Below, piece after piece: positions 29,990 through 45,034 of a stretch of 64,000 nt of DNA. The translations under genes were made by a program, and so were the position numbers. This DNA comes from the human T2T-CHM13v2.0 reference genome, Homo sapiens. Under the pieces are notes generated by a model. The model saw only the letters and a list, made by a program, of their open reading frames with translations, was not told the DNA's origin and made no database searches. Location of the stretch: NCBI RefSeq assembly GCF_009914755.1, contig NC_060935.1. The stretch is one strand, 5' to 3'. Each line of letters begins with the position of its first letter. The stretch's first letter is position 1.

Positions 29990-30450
29990 ATCATCGCACG
30001 GGCCTCTTGACTCTACGGCCTGCGTGTAAAGCCTGCGCTAAGCCCCAGTGTCCTTCAGCGGCGTCAATTAGGCGCACGCGCAGTTTCCTCTCCGGAGGGG
30101 CGGGCAGGGCAGGGGAGGGAGGAGCTACTGCTGTAGCTCGCCCCGCCCTGGCGTCAGGGCCGTGCAAGCGTTGTCCGCATGGGCGCCGCGCCGACCCTCG
30201 CGGCCGTGGGAACCCGCCCGGAATCTCGCAGGGCCTGTCGCGCTTCGTCCAGGTTGCCGGCCTCCTCCCCGCGCTTTTCGGGATGCTGGCCCCGGCGCCC
30301 CGCCTCAGGCGAGGCCGGCCCCTCCCTGGCAAGCGGCTCAAGGCTTGGCGACGGCTCAGGGGAGGCTGGGCGGACTAGGGGGCCGCGCCCCTCCGAACTC
30401 TCGCTGGGCCTCGGTCATGCCACCTGCTTTGGGTTCATCGCAGAGGCTGG
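29990..30450. promoter_or_regulatory. CpG island between the convergent 3' ends
   Basis: High GC and dense CpG; GC boxes at 30097-30105 and 30141-30148; NRF1-like GCGCACGCGCA at 30072-30082. Confidence 0.8.
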
Positions 30451-31187
30451 GGTGAAACTGCCTTAGGTTGCGAGGGAGTGGAAGAGCTCTGTCCCATCGA
30501 ATTTAGATCCTGGAAGTCCACAGAGGGGAAACTGAGGCCCGGAGGAGAGAAGGGACTCCCCGCTTCGTCACCTTGCTGGGCAGGATAAGAGTCAAGGTCT
30601 CTAGTGCGGGAACACTTATAAATGTTACTCTGTGTTCACATCACATGGTGTGCCTTAATTTTGGATGCCAAGGATTTTATTTACATTTTCCAAGGACACA
30701 AATGCATTCCGTTGCTTTCCTCCAGAGGCTGCCTAGCCTACGAGGAGTTTGAGCTTGGAACAGGTTTTTGTGGGAGACAGTAAGGTGCGATGCACACCAA
30801 ATAGGGACAGTTGGACCGTGAGTTCAACTCCCTGCTCTGTCGTTTAGCCGAGTAAACCTCTGCTTCTCCATCTGCAAAGCAGTGATCATGCATGTCTCTC
30901 TCACAATGAGGTTTTAAAGACCTAATGGGAAAATGATCATAAAAACATTTTGTAGAGTGTAAAGTATGATATCAATATTAATTGGAAAGCTGCCTTGCAT
31001 CGTGGAAAATGCCAGAGGGTATGAAACAGGTTAGGTACATTTGTAGGGCCAAATACTTGGCCAGGTAGTGAGTAACATGGCTGGTTACAGAAAAGTCTTT
31101 GTCTTCAAATCACCCACAAGGTAGGTAGGGGAAGGTAAGACATCAGTGAAATGACTGCAACACAGGCTTTGCATAATCAAACGATGA

Positions 31188-31662
<475 letters not shown>

Positions 31663-32807
31663 TGAGAAGTATAACCTGAGTTTGTCAGCTCTATTCTAAT
31701 CTCTCCAACCTTTTTGAAGTCTTCATTATAGCTTCGGAAAACTGTTAGTTTCCAACATTCCCATAATTCTGTACTAGATGTGGTTCCAAGAAATCAGACC
31801 TTTCTGACTTAAAAGTTTAAGGAGGGGTATGCGCGTGGTGTGCGTGTGGGTGTGTGTCTGTCTGTAGTTATAGCTGGTTTTCCTGTCCAGTTCAATCTCA
31901 TTGAGTTTATCTCTCTTGTTAGAGATTTTTGGGATCCTGTGCCCAATAAATAAGAAGAGATGAACCTTGAGTCTCATTAGATGACAGATTTTTGAGAAGC
32001 TCAAATGTATGGGAAGGCTCCACTTCTTCACTTAAAGGGACTGCAGATGGTGTGAAGCAGGTGGGAGAGACCCCAGTGCTAAGAGGGTTATTACAACAGG
32101 GCTTGGCAAGAATTTTTCAGGGAAAAATGAACTTTGGGAGGCGGGTGCTGTTTTTTGCCCCATTTTGGGTTCCCAGGGAAAGGTAACAATTTAAACACAC
32201 ACCACCTGAACAGAGACATAGCTTCCTCTCAAGAGCCTTGGAAGGCTGGGAGAGTGGTGTTGGGTGGAGAGAATGAGAGCAGGCTCAGATGTTGAAACAA
32301 CCCTAGGGGATCGGAGTTGGAATTGCTGAACTGAGCTAGTCCAGAGCCATCTATCATTCTGAGTCTTCCCAAAACACTATTTACACAGATCACCAACTTT
32401 CACACTTAAGGAGTGTCTCCCCCTGTTTCTCTTCTTACTAAGCATGGAGCTGGTGGAGTCTGGTTGGAGATAGCCTTCAGGTCTGTGCTCTTTTTCTCAG
32501 TGAATTTGTGTTGCACTGATGGAGCCCTTGCATGGCAGGAGAGCTAGATAAACTTTTAATTTCTGTTAAAAGTCAAATAGGAAGCTCTTATCTGAAAATT
32601 CTGCTTAAATCCTTGTCTGCATCACTTTATCTCTACTTGCCTTCTTCTTTTAGTATTTCTCTGAAGTGCAATGCCCATTAATGTCACAAATGTACTTCCT
32701 AGTCCTTGGGCAGCAGAGCCTGGCCCTTTATTTTCCTTGCAAAGGAGGTGAAAGTGGTAACTTGAACTTAGTCCACCTGGACTTTGTCTCATAGAAAGTG
32801 ATCTTCA

Positions 32808-33226
<419 letters not shown>

Positions 33227-34354
33227 TTAAACTCCAGTTATTTCCAGGAACATCTGGACTCCCTGAGACCTCACTAGCCTTCTTTTTGAGCATTAATAGT
33301 TTAGATTCACCATAAAGAAGACAGTTACAAAGAACCATTTTTTGAATGTTTTCAGCATTCCAAGATATTGCCAAGGGCCGTAAGGTTAAGGAACAGCGGA
33401 AAGAAATGCTATTTCTTGTCTGGTATTCTCCAATCAGGGAACTCAAGGAAGCTCTCTACTCAGGGGATGAGGCTGTCTCAGCCCCGTGGGTGGGCTAAGT
33501 GGACTGTTTCCGAGAAAAGCACTGGGAACATGGAGTGGCAGGCAGATATTGGCAGAGGCATAAATATAACCAGGGATGTAGATGACAATTTGATGACGTA
33601 TCTTGTGAATGGTGTATATTCACAGAAGGCCTTTTAAAGATGGAGGCTGTGGGAGTAGGAAGACTTATAGGGCTTGTAGTAATGAAAGCTTTCAGTGTAT
33701 GTCAAAGAACTTGCTGTTAGCGAGGACGGGAGGAGGGCCAAGGAAGAATGGCGGTTAGAGAGGGAAAGAATTAATGGTTTTGCGGCAAACATGGACTTGG
33801 CCAGGAAAACAATTCCTTATTTCTAGAAAGAAGAGGAGCTTTTAAATTTTTTAAAATTTTTCTCAGTTTATGACCTGGTTAGGAACACTGAAACATAAGG
33901 AGTTGGGGAAAGGATGGTTGGAGGCTCACTGGAAATGAGAGGCGGCTATCAGTGAATGAGCTCTTTATCAGTGACTCCCAGAGACTGCTGCTAATTTTGA
34001 TTTGAAAGCTGCAAATTGCTGGTATGTGGTTACAGTTCCTAAGAACAACTTAGATAAGAGGTTTTCAAAAGCCGTTTTGAAAGGGGAAGTGAAATTTAAG
34101 ATTTAGTTGTCATTGGTCTACATCTAAGTGTTTGTTTCTTTAGATGTGCACACCAAGGAGCATTTAAAATAAAAATCTATTTGCAAATTAAGATAGTCTT
34201 TATTTACATTTTTATATTTTTATTTCAATAAAAAGTGTGTTTTATAGAGAAAGCTCCCAGAGAAGAAACTAATCTCAAGACTCCCTTTTGTCTTTTTTTT
34301 TTTTTTTTCTGGTGCCAGGACAAACCGCACACATAATACCTGGGAAGAACTAAT

Positions 34355-34359
<5 letters not shown>

Positions 34360-34394
<35 letters not shown>
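34360..34394. repeat. (TG)n microsatellite
   Basis: About 17 TG units. Confidence 0.95.
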
Positions 34395-34399
<5 letters not shown>

Positions 34400-34924
34400 A
34401 CCTTGTGCCTTCGGTTCTGATTCCATAATAGCAAATGACCCAAGCAGCACATACTCCTCTCCAACCAGGAAGTGAGAAATGGAATTTTGGTTGACTCCTT
34501 TTTCTTGTTCTAAGAAATCTCCCAAGGACTGCACCATGTTTGTTTTCATTTCCCTGGCTCCTTTCCATTCTGGAAACTTAAAATCGGCTTCATGGCCTCT
34601 TGCTTTATAGAATTTGTTCAAAAAGGCTTCGTCAGAAATGGATTTGATGTGACATTTTTGCTCTTCACGTGAAAGTACTTCCTATTCCCTGAAAGTGGAA
34701 GAGGTGGTGGAAATAACCCTGGCCTTGGCCGACTGATCTTGAACCTGAGAATTAGAGACTGGGCCTCCGTCCAGTGACTCTGAGCCAGTAATGAAGTTTA
34801 AAGCTATCGGAAGACTGGCTGCCGTCCTTGGTAGAGGTGGGGGTGATTTGATACACAGAAGAGCTTTGTTTCCCAGGGCTTTGTGGTCTTTCCGGGTCAT
34901 TTGGGGACTTAGGGTGGAGGACGC

Positions 34925-35056
34925 CAGTCTTGCCTTCCTAATGGAGCTGTGCTTGTCCTCGCCCGGCCTGCCCCAGAGCGCATGCTAGCACAGTCTTGCC
35001 TTCCTAATGGAGCTGTGCTTGTCCTCACCCGGCCTGCCCCAGAGCGCATGCTAGCA
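34925..35056. repeat. 66-bp tandem duplication (2 copies, 1 mismatch)
   Basis: 34925-34990 and 34991-35056 differ only at 34961 g vs 35027 a. Confidence 0.95.
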
Positions 35057-35739
35057 GATGGCCTTTACCATCAGCCACTTCCAGCGACATTCTAGGATGA
35101 ATGTGTGTATAAAGCTCATGTTTGTCACTCGTTAGCGCTTGACGCTGGGCAAGTTTTCTGGCTTCTTTAAGCCTCAACCCACATCTGTAAAATGGTGATA
35201 CTTCGTAGAATTGTGAGCATTAAATAAGATTACAAATGTAGAGCACTCATTTTATTTAATGTGAAATCACCTATGGGGGAATTCGGGGCTTCCCACTGCC
35301 TTTGTTTTTCAGCACCTCCCTTCACCAGCTTTTCTGCACCCCCACTCATTTGTGAGAAATAGATAGTGCTGGAGACAGCTGAGGGATGTACTCAGCTCAG
35401 TTCAGGCTTCTCAATGCCCCAGAGTCCTCCAGATCCCCCTCATTTTTTCCCTCCATGCTCTTGTCTCTCACAAAGATCATCCTTGTGACCTCCTATCCCT
35501 TGGGCTATTCTTTGCTGCATTGGGCATTGGACAGTGCTAAGAGGGTTGGGCACCGTGCAGCCTAGTGTTTGCAGCTGCCCCGGTGCGCTCTGCTCAGTCC
35601 ATATTCTTACCCTGGGTGTGCCGAGGGACAGGACAAAGGGCTTATTTTATAGAACATATTTCTTCCCCATTCTTCTCGTTTATAATTTTGGTTTCCAGGA
35701 AAGAATGGAAGAATGGGCACCTCCACCCTATTAGTGCAC

Positions 35740-35743
<4 letters not shown>

Positions 35744-35782
<39 letters not shown>
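35744..35782. repeat. (TG)n microsatellite
   Basis: About 19 TG units. Confidence 0.95.
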
Positions 35783-35784
<2 letters not shown>

Positions 35785-36786
35785 CAGGAGCAAGGGGCAG
35801 GGTCAGCTGTGTTGAGGACTAGGAGGTAAATGGTCTACCCATATCCAAGGTGGGAAGACCAAGAGAAATAAGAGAAGTAAATGAACAGATCCTCTAAAGT
35901 CATCTTTTCCTTATTCCAGCACACCAAGGCATTGTGCATATGGTCTTGGATCCTTATTCTCTGTTAGCCAATGGAAAACATATATGGAAAGAAAGCAAGC
36001 AAGCTTGCTGAGATTAACCTAGAGAGGGCAGGGGCCAGCATCCTGATGTCTATGCTAGGCCAGCATGGTACCAGCAGCAGAATGTGGGCTGTGGACATAC
36101 ACTTAACATTTCTGATCAGTTTTTACTCCCTCAGGCTTAGGGGCTGCAAAGGAAGATAGCCAGGTTTCTGGGAAATTTCGAAGCACTTGGAAATATGATC
36201 GAAGCAGAAAATTCCTCTGAGTGGAGGAGCTGTGTAGGCTGTGTATAGAATCTGTGGATTGGGACCATCCAAGGAATCAGTGTCTGGAAAGAAGCACAAA
36301 CTGGTGTGATGAAGGTTCCCATGATGGGTAAGAACTACCAGGGAAGGTTGGAGAAGAAAGGTTTAAAACTGACAAGGAACCTCCAAGCCACCTTAGGGAC
36401 AATTTGGGTTCTTTAAAGTTCCATTTGAATCCCACTCCCTCAACGAGCACTCTAACTTGCCCCTGTTTATCCACCCCATCTGCCATGACCACATCAAACT
36501 TTCCCACAAGTGAGGCCCTTCTTAGAACACTATTTGAGTTGTATATTAAAATGTTAGGGTGCCTGGTGGTCTAGACTCTTTCCAGCAGGTCTTGTTCTCT
36601 GAACCTCTAGAGGAGGGAACTTTGCCTTCAGAATATTGCTGAGAGGAAGGGTCCAGAATGGCCTGGCCAGTATCTAGTGTGACCACTCTGCCTCTGAGCT
36701 ATATTTGGCTGAGTCAGGTGGCTGGTGAGTCCCACACTTCCTCTGGATTGAGTCCACCCACAGGGGAGAGGAGTCAGCCTGTAGGT

Positions 36787-36965
36787 TTTATTGCCACCAC
36801 AATCAGAGCTATCAACTGCCTTTATTGTCTAGGATGATTGAATCAAAGGAGGGCAGAGAACCTTGGGTTCCCAACGCATTCTATGAGCTCTTGGGTTCTT
36901 CCTGTGGCTTTGTAGGAACAAAAGAACAGAACAAACATGTTGGAGTAGTGTCCCTAACATTTATT
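36787..36965 (-). terminator. KIRREL3: KIRREL3 tandem poly(A) signals (AATAAA x3)
   Basis: TTTATT on + at 36960-36965, 36821-36826 and 36787-36792, about 1.06-1.24 kb downstream of the stop. Confidence 0.75.
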
Positions 36966-38024
36966 TCAGGTGGTGACTAGGAGGGTTGAGGTGTAGATAT
37001 ACTTCCTCTCTTCTCGTGGAGCCTTACTGAAGACAGGATCGCCGTTCTTGTGTTTATCAGCTGAGAAGGGCAGTCTCGCCATCTTAAAGACCTGCCCTCC
37101 AGCCCCTTCAAACGCCACACTTCCCAGGAAGCACTCTCTCCATAAGTGTTCAGAGAACCCTGACCAGAGAAGCTCCCGCACTTCTTATATGAACTCCGAT
37201 TGTGCTGAGGGGGAGGGGAGGAGTACACAAAGCAGGAGGTGGGTGGGGAGGCTGGGGTCACACAGCCCAGGAGGGGCACACCCGGCGAGGTGCTCCGTCA
37301 GCACAGGCTCCCTCCTCCCTCCCTCCCCCCAGTACACCAGGCTCTGACGGGACCGGTCCCACCGCAGAGTTCAGCGGCATCAAGTCCAAGGACAGAACTG
37401 CAAGAGTATGGACACAAAACACCAAACAAATTGGGGGTGGGCTCCCGGCCAGCCTGGTGAGAGAGAGGCTCCTTTAGCCAAGGCCATTTCTGGCTTGTCA
37501 GCCTCCAGGGTATGGGCTATGAGCAGCAGTGGGGAGCCGGGGTTTCTGGGGCAGCTCAGTGCTGGGAAGACGTCATCCCCTTCTCCCCAGGGCTGTATGG
37601 GAGCACAGGCACAGGGGTAGGTAGAGCTTGTGGTCAGTGAGGGGTAGAGCCCACAGAGAGACCAGAGAGTGGACCGCAGTTTCATGAAAGCAGAGTTATA
37701 GCTGCCACTTGTGCCTGTGGGCAGAGCAGGTGGTAGAGGGGCCTCCAGGAAAGGGCCGGGGACACGGGTGTCCAGCACTAAGCACAGCGCACTCAGCCGC
37801 AGCCTCTGTCCGTCTCCCCACCCGCCCACCTCTGGCACACAGCACCTGGGGACCCAGATTTGTGCTTGATCAGAGCTTCGAAGGAAGGCAGTGGCAGAGG
37901 CGCTGGGAGGCTGTCCTGGAAGTGGCCAATTCTGGTGTCCTCTGCAAAGTACCCCTCGTCCCTGGACAACCAGAACGTGCCCTGACCTCTTCCCTGGCCC
38001 GTCCCCACCCGCGGTGTGTGATCC

Positions 38025-38759
<735 letters not shown>

Positions 38760-38935
38760 TTATGTCAGGGCAATGCAGGGTCATTTGAAAGTCAGGCTTT
38801 TTAATTGTTTTTATCCAGAACATGGATGCTTCATTTTGAATCTACATGTGAGGAGGCTGTGGAAGAGAACTGGGGAGTCTCAGCCTTAGCTCTCTCAGCC
38901 TCCTCAGCGTTGGGGTAGGGAGAGGAGGTGCCTTA

Positions 38936-39190
<255 letters not shown>

Positions 39191-40689
39191 TCAGTAGATA
39201 GGAGGTGGCTAAACCTCCACTTCCCCCAAGGAAAAGATGAGATCAGAAACTCAAAAGATTGCCCTGTATAACCCCCACCACCCCTCACTGCCTGGACCAT
39301 GTGAAAGAGTCAAGATGAGTTCCTGGAGCCCCATCCTAGGAGACAGGGAAGCAGTTGAGGGGGGTGGGTGAGTAGGTGAGGTGAGGGGCAGTTAGGGGAG
39401 GCGAGGGGCAGGTATCCGAGGCCATACTTTCCTCGCTTGGGCGAGGGCATCACCAGAGATCTCCCATGGCTGATTCAATTCCATTGACTGAACGTTTATT
39501 GTAAAATGCCGGCCAGTTGCTCTGCTAAGGACCAGAGATCCACAGATTAACGTACATTAAGATACAGCTCTGCTCATCAGGGAGATGGACTTGTAGATAA
39601 ATAATTTCAGAATGTCAGTCACTGGGCATGGCAAGGCTCCTTAGGGCAGTTTCTTTTCCAGCGTGCAGGCCTAGTGCAGGCCTTAGGGAGTCACAAGGAA
39701 TAACCATCTGTGAGATGCTGGCGACATGGGCCACACCTGTTATTCTCATGAAAAGTTAACTTCCTTAGAGATGCCAAACAGCCTGAGGGCAAGGATCACT
39801 TCCTGCTTGTCTCTGGGTCCTCCCACACCTGGTTCAGTGCTTTGCATGTTGTGGTCACTGACCTTGCCTGCTTTTGGGATGGAATCTCTTAATTATTTGA
39901 TTTGCCAATGCCTAGCACAGTGCCTGATATACAATAGAGCTGCTTCAAATGGTATGTATATGTTGAATGAATAGGCAAAGTGGCTTAGCTCTAAATTACT
40001 GAAAATTAACAAAATTATTAGACATAAGATGAAAAAGCATACTCCACACACAGTGGGCATATGAATTAATCTGAATAACCACAGTGATGCTTAACCTGTG
40101 ACACACGAGAGGCTTGCCATGTGTCTCTGCTAGTTGCATGGTATAGGTAGTAGGTTCCCTCCTACTCTCTGGGCCGGGATGTTTCTTCTCCCTTGCAACC
40201 TGCTTTCCTCGTTTCTTTTTGGAGCCCCGTAGAATCAGCCAAAGTGCGGCCACCCGGCTGCCTCCTCACTAAGGAGACCATGCGGTTCATTTTTCCAGTA
40301 AATGCTCTGGCACTGTCTGGACTGGAGACCTTCTTTCCCATCAGATTCAACTTCTAAGTCTGCCCCTTCTTGCAGATGGGGCTGTCTTGGGGCCAGGAGG
40401 TGAAGGGAATGCGAGAATGACGATATCCTCAAGGGGTGGCTTAGCCCAGAGCCCTCAGCAAGTCCCTTCTGCTCCCACCTGACACTGAGCTGCCCCCACT
40501 CTTGCCTGTGGATTTGGACTAAGGGATGTGGAGACAGTCTGAGGCAAACAGAATGTTTGCCGATGGGAGAGAATTCAAGGTCCCGTTTGGGATGAAGGAC
40601 ACACATGATTAAGCTTAAGTATAGAGACGTCATCCCTTCTCACATCTAGGCTGTGGTTTCCTCCCTCGTAAAACTAAACACTCCACTGT

Positions 40690-41420
40690 GTTAATTTTAA
40701 CAGTGTCAGGCCCTGTGTTAGGCCCCAGGGGAAATAGATGAGCGTAGACTCAGAAACATGACCTTTGCCCTTGAGGAGCTCTGGGATAACTGGGGAAGCT
40801 GACATGGAATTGGGGGAATGCACTATAAAGGAGGCACATACAAGTGTTTTGGGAGAGCAGAAGGTGCACAGCTCCGCCAGGGGTGGGGAGGACAAGCCCG
40901 GAACATCTTGGAGTTGATTGTTATGGGAGAATGTGAGATTCAACAGACAAAATTAGCAGGCAGAGAGAACAGCCGGTGCACAGGCCTTTGAAGTCCAAAA
41001 GATTCGAAGGCCAGGAATCAAGCTCTTTGGCATGTCTGGAAGGCCAGATGTACTTGGCCGGAAAATGGAGCTGGAGAGGTTGGTGGTTGCCTGGCACTGA
41101 GGAGCCCTGATGGCACACCAGGAAGTTGGGCTTTGTCCAGCAGATGTGGGGAGCCACTGAGGGATTTTAAGTGGGCAAGTAACAGGACCAGATTTGCATT
41201 TTAGAAAGGCTGCTTTCTCAAGGCTCTCGAGGGTGGATTGAGAAAAGAGACAAAAGACTACAAGGCTGAGACCAACTGGGAGGCTGCTGTAATCATCCAG
41301 GGGAGCAATGATGAGGCCTGAAGTAAAGAAGTGATGGTGGAGGACAGGTGGGGCACACATTTGAGACACTTTTTGAAGTGGAATTGACAGGACCTGAAAA
41401 TCAATTGGAGAGAGAAAGCG
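40690..41420 (-). mobile_element. L2 fragment
   Basis: gggagccactgagggattttaag...accagatttgcattttagaaag...ggaggctgctgtaatcatccag L2 core. Confidence 0.75.
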
Positions 41421-42075
41421 TAGCCGAGGGAAAAGTCAGTTTGATTCAGTAAACGTCTGTGAGCCTCTACCAGGGCCTGTGTAAGGCTCCGAAGACCCCG
41501 GGATGAACACAGCAGCAGCTGCTCACCCTCTAGCAACATAAACCGCTAATATTTCTTGAGCACTTATTGTGTTCCATGGGCTTCAAGCCCTTCTGAGTTT
41601 TGTCCACTTCACCCTCACCACAGCCCTGTATACTGTGGCTTTCAGACCCATCTCATGGATGAGGACATGGAGGCACCAGAAAGCCCATCTACTATATTCC
41701 TTGCTCTGCTGCCTCCACTCCAACATGTTACGACCGAGGCAACCAGAAACTTCTAGCATGGTTGTCCAGGTTTCTGCTTGGACAACTAGGTAGATGATGG
41801 CCCATAAATGGGGATTCGGAAGAGGAGGAGCAGGCTTGATGTGCCTGGAGAAGTGATGAGTTGACTGGCAATCCAGTCCCCAAGGAGGAACCTGTGTTTC
41901 TTGCAGACTGTTTTGGTGGGGTGCGGGGGATGAGGGAGAGGGACATGTATTGAATATCTATAATAGCTATGTGTGTGTGTGCGGGGGAGGGGAGGGGATT
42001 ATATGTTATATAACAACATATTGTGGCAATTTATGCATATGTCTTTTCTCCTTACTGAAGAGCCAGGCTCTCTGA

Positions 42076-42412
<337 letters not shown>

Positions 42413-42562
42413 TGAGTCTGCCAGAACACAAGCACAGTACAGCAGGCACACACTCACATTTGTTGGCTGAGAGTGTGTGCCTCACCTATTGTGGGGTGGG
42501 CAGGGGGCATCTTGAACGCTGCTCTGCTTTTTGGAAGCATCTAGTTCATTGAGAAGCCTCTA

Positions 42563-42766
<204 letters not shown>

Positions 42767-43298
42767 TTAGTTCTTACCTTTGAGATGTCAAGCTCCCTTG
42801 CAGTCCCCTGCCCCTGCCCTGCCACCCTCTGCATTTCCCCTCCAGCCCCTGAACTCAGCAGCTTCACCAGCCCCCCACCAATAGAACCTCCATATGGAGA
42901 TGCTGTGGGTGTTTGGGCCTCAGAGGAGGCTGACCCCATGGCCGGCCTGCCTCCTGTCACATGCCCCTCAGCCATGCACCCTTGGCTTGAAAGATCGTCT
43001 TCAGCCACTTGTCCGCCTTACTGAGCTAGGTCCTTTTCATCCTACTGAATTCTCACTTCCTTCTAGAAGTCTTCTCTGACCTGCTCTACCAGGCGGGCTC
43101 CAATCCCTCCATTCATAGAACCATAAATCTCAGTGTTGGAAAGGACCTCAAAGTGCCCATGGCCAACCCCCATCCAAAGAGAAACGCCCCTGAGGCAGTG
43201 GGCAGCTTCTCTGTCGACGCCTCCGTGATGGAAGCTTTACTGCTACTTCTGCAGGAGGCAGGCTGTTTCTAGTTGGAGAGCTCTGTTAGAAAATTCTT

Positions 43299-43896
43299 GG
43301 CTGGGTGCGGTGGCTCACGCCTGTAATCCCAGCACTTTGGGAGGCCGAGGTGGGCAGATCACGAGGTCAGGAGTTTGACACCAGCCTGGCCAACATGGTG
43401 AAACCCCGTCTCTATTAAAAATCCAAAAATTAGCTGGGCGTGGTGGTGGGTGCCTGTAATGCCAGCTACTCGGGAGGCTGAGCATGAGACTCGCTTGAAT
43501 GAACCCGGGAGGCAGCGGCTGCGGTAAGCCGAGATTGTGCCACTGCACTCCAGCCTGGGCAACAGGATGAGACTCTGTCTCAAAAAAAAAAAAGGAAATT
43601 CTTGAGGAGCTGGTGCGGTGGCTCACGCCTGTAATCCCAGCACATTGGGAGGCCGAGGAAGGCGGACCACTTGAGGCCAGGAGTTCGAGACCAGCCTGGG
43701 CAACATGGTGAAATCCTGTCTCTGCAAAAAATTAAAAAAATAGCAAGGCATGATGGCACACGCCTGTAATCCCAGCGACTCAGGAGGCTTAGGCACGAGA
43801 ATCGCTTGAACCTGGGAGGCGGAGGTTGCAGTGAGCTGAGATCGTGTCACTGCACTTCAGCCTGGCCAAAAGAGAGAGACCCTATATAAAAAAAAA
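43299..43896 (+). mobile_element. Two tandem Alus (about 43299-43593 and 43607-43896)
   Basis: Two full Alu consensus units; AAATTCTT duplication around the first. Confidence 0.92.
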
Positions 43897-44758
43897 CCGT
43901 ATATATATGTGTATATATGCGTATGTGTATATATTTGTATGCTTCCCTATAATTTCCACTGAGACGGTGGTGATGGAGGTCCTGAGACCACATCATTGCT
44001 GGGGTGGTCTTGAGAGCCAAGGCTGCTTAGCTCGGAGTGCAGAAAATGCAAGGGGAACAGCTTTCTTCAAACATGTGCAGGCTGCCGAGTGGCAGAGGAG
44101 CAGACCCATTCTGGTGATTCATTTTTTGCATTACACTTATATAATGTTAGTGCCAGATGGGGCCATCAGAGTCATATCCTCATTATAAATGAGGAGACAG
44201 GCCTGGAATAACTGTGGCTGGCCCAGGGTCATGTGGCAGAAGAGGTGGGACTGGAACACTGTGTCTCCATTGTCTTCACCTGTTCTCTGCCATCCAATCT
44301 CTCACACGTTATCTCCTCGGTGCACGCAATTCTTCAAGCGTGCACAAACACTAGAATTTTATTGGTAATCACTGAAGACCTTTAAAAGTTTTCTCAAAGC
44401 AATTCCTTTATTGCTTCCCCACCCACTCCCCCACAGCTGTGTGAGTGACCTGCTTTTCTGGTGAGACTAGCAGCTCTTTATTTTTATTTTGTTGTAGAGA
44501 TGGGGTCTCTCTAGACTAACAGCTCTTGTAGAGCAAGGATCAAACCACAAACCGCTTTTCCCCCTATCTTTCTGTACAGTTCCTGACTGAAAGAGCTATG
44601 TGTTCAATCCAAAATGCTGGCTGCCCTGCAGATGAAGTTCAGTCTAGTCCAGGTCAACCTCAGCCTAGCGCCCACTCTGCCAGGCGCCATGTTGCCCAGG
44701 CTCACATACACCGATGCATCAGACCCACTCCCTGCCCCAGGAGCTCACAGCACTGTTA

Positions 44759-45034
<276 letters not shown>

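Noticed and set aside
34925-35056. Direct repeats considered as a CRISPR-like array
   Set aside because: Two abutting copies with no spacers, in human DNA; a simple tandem duplication
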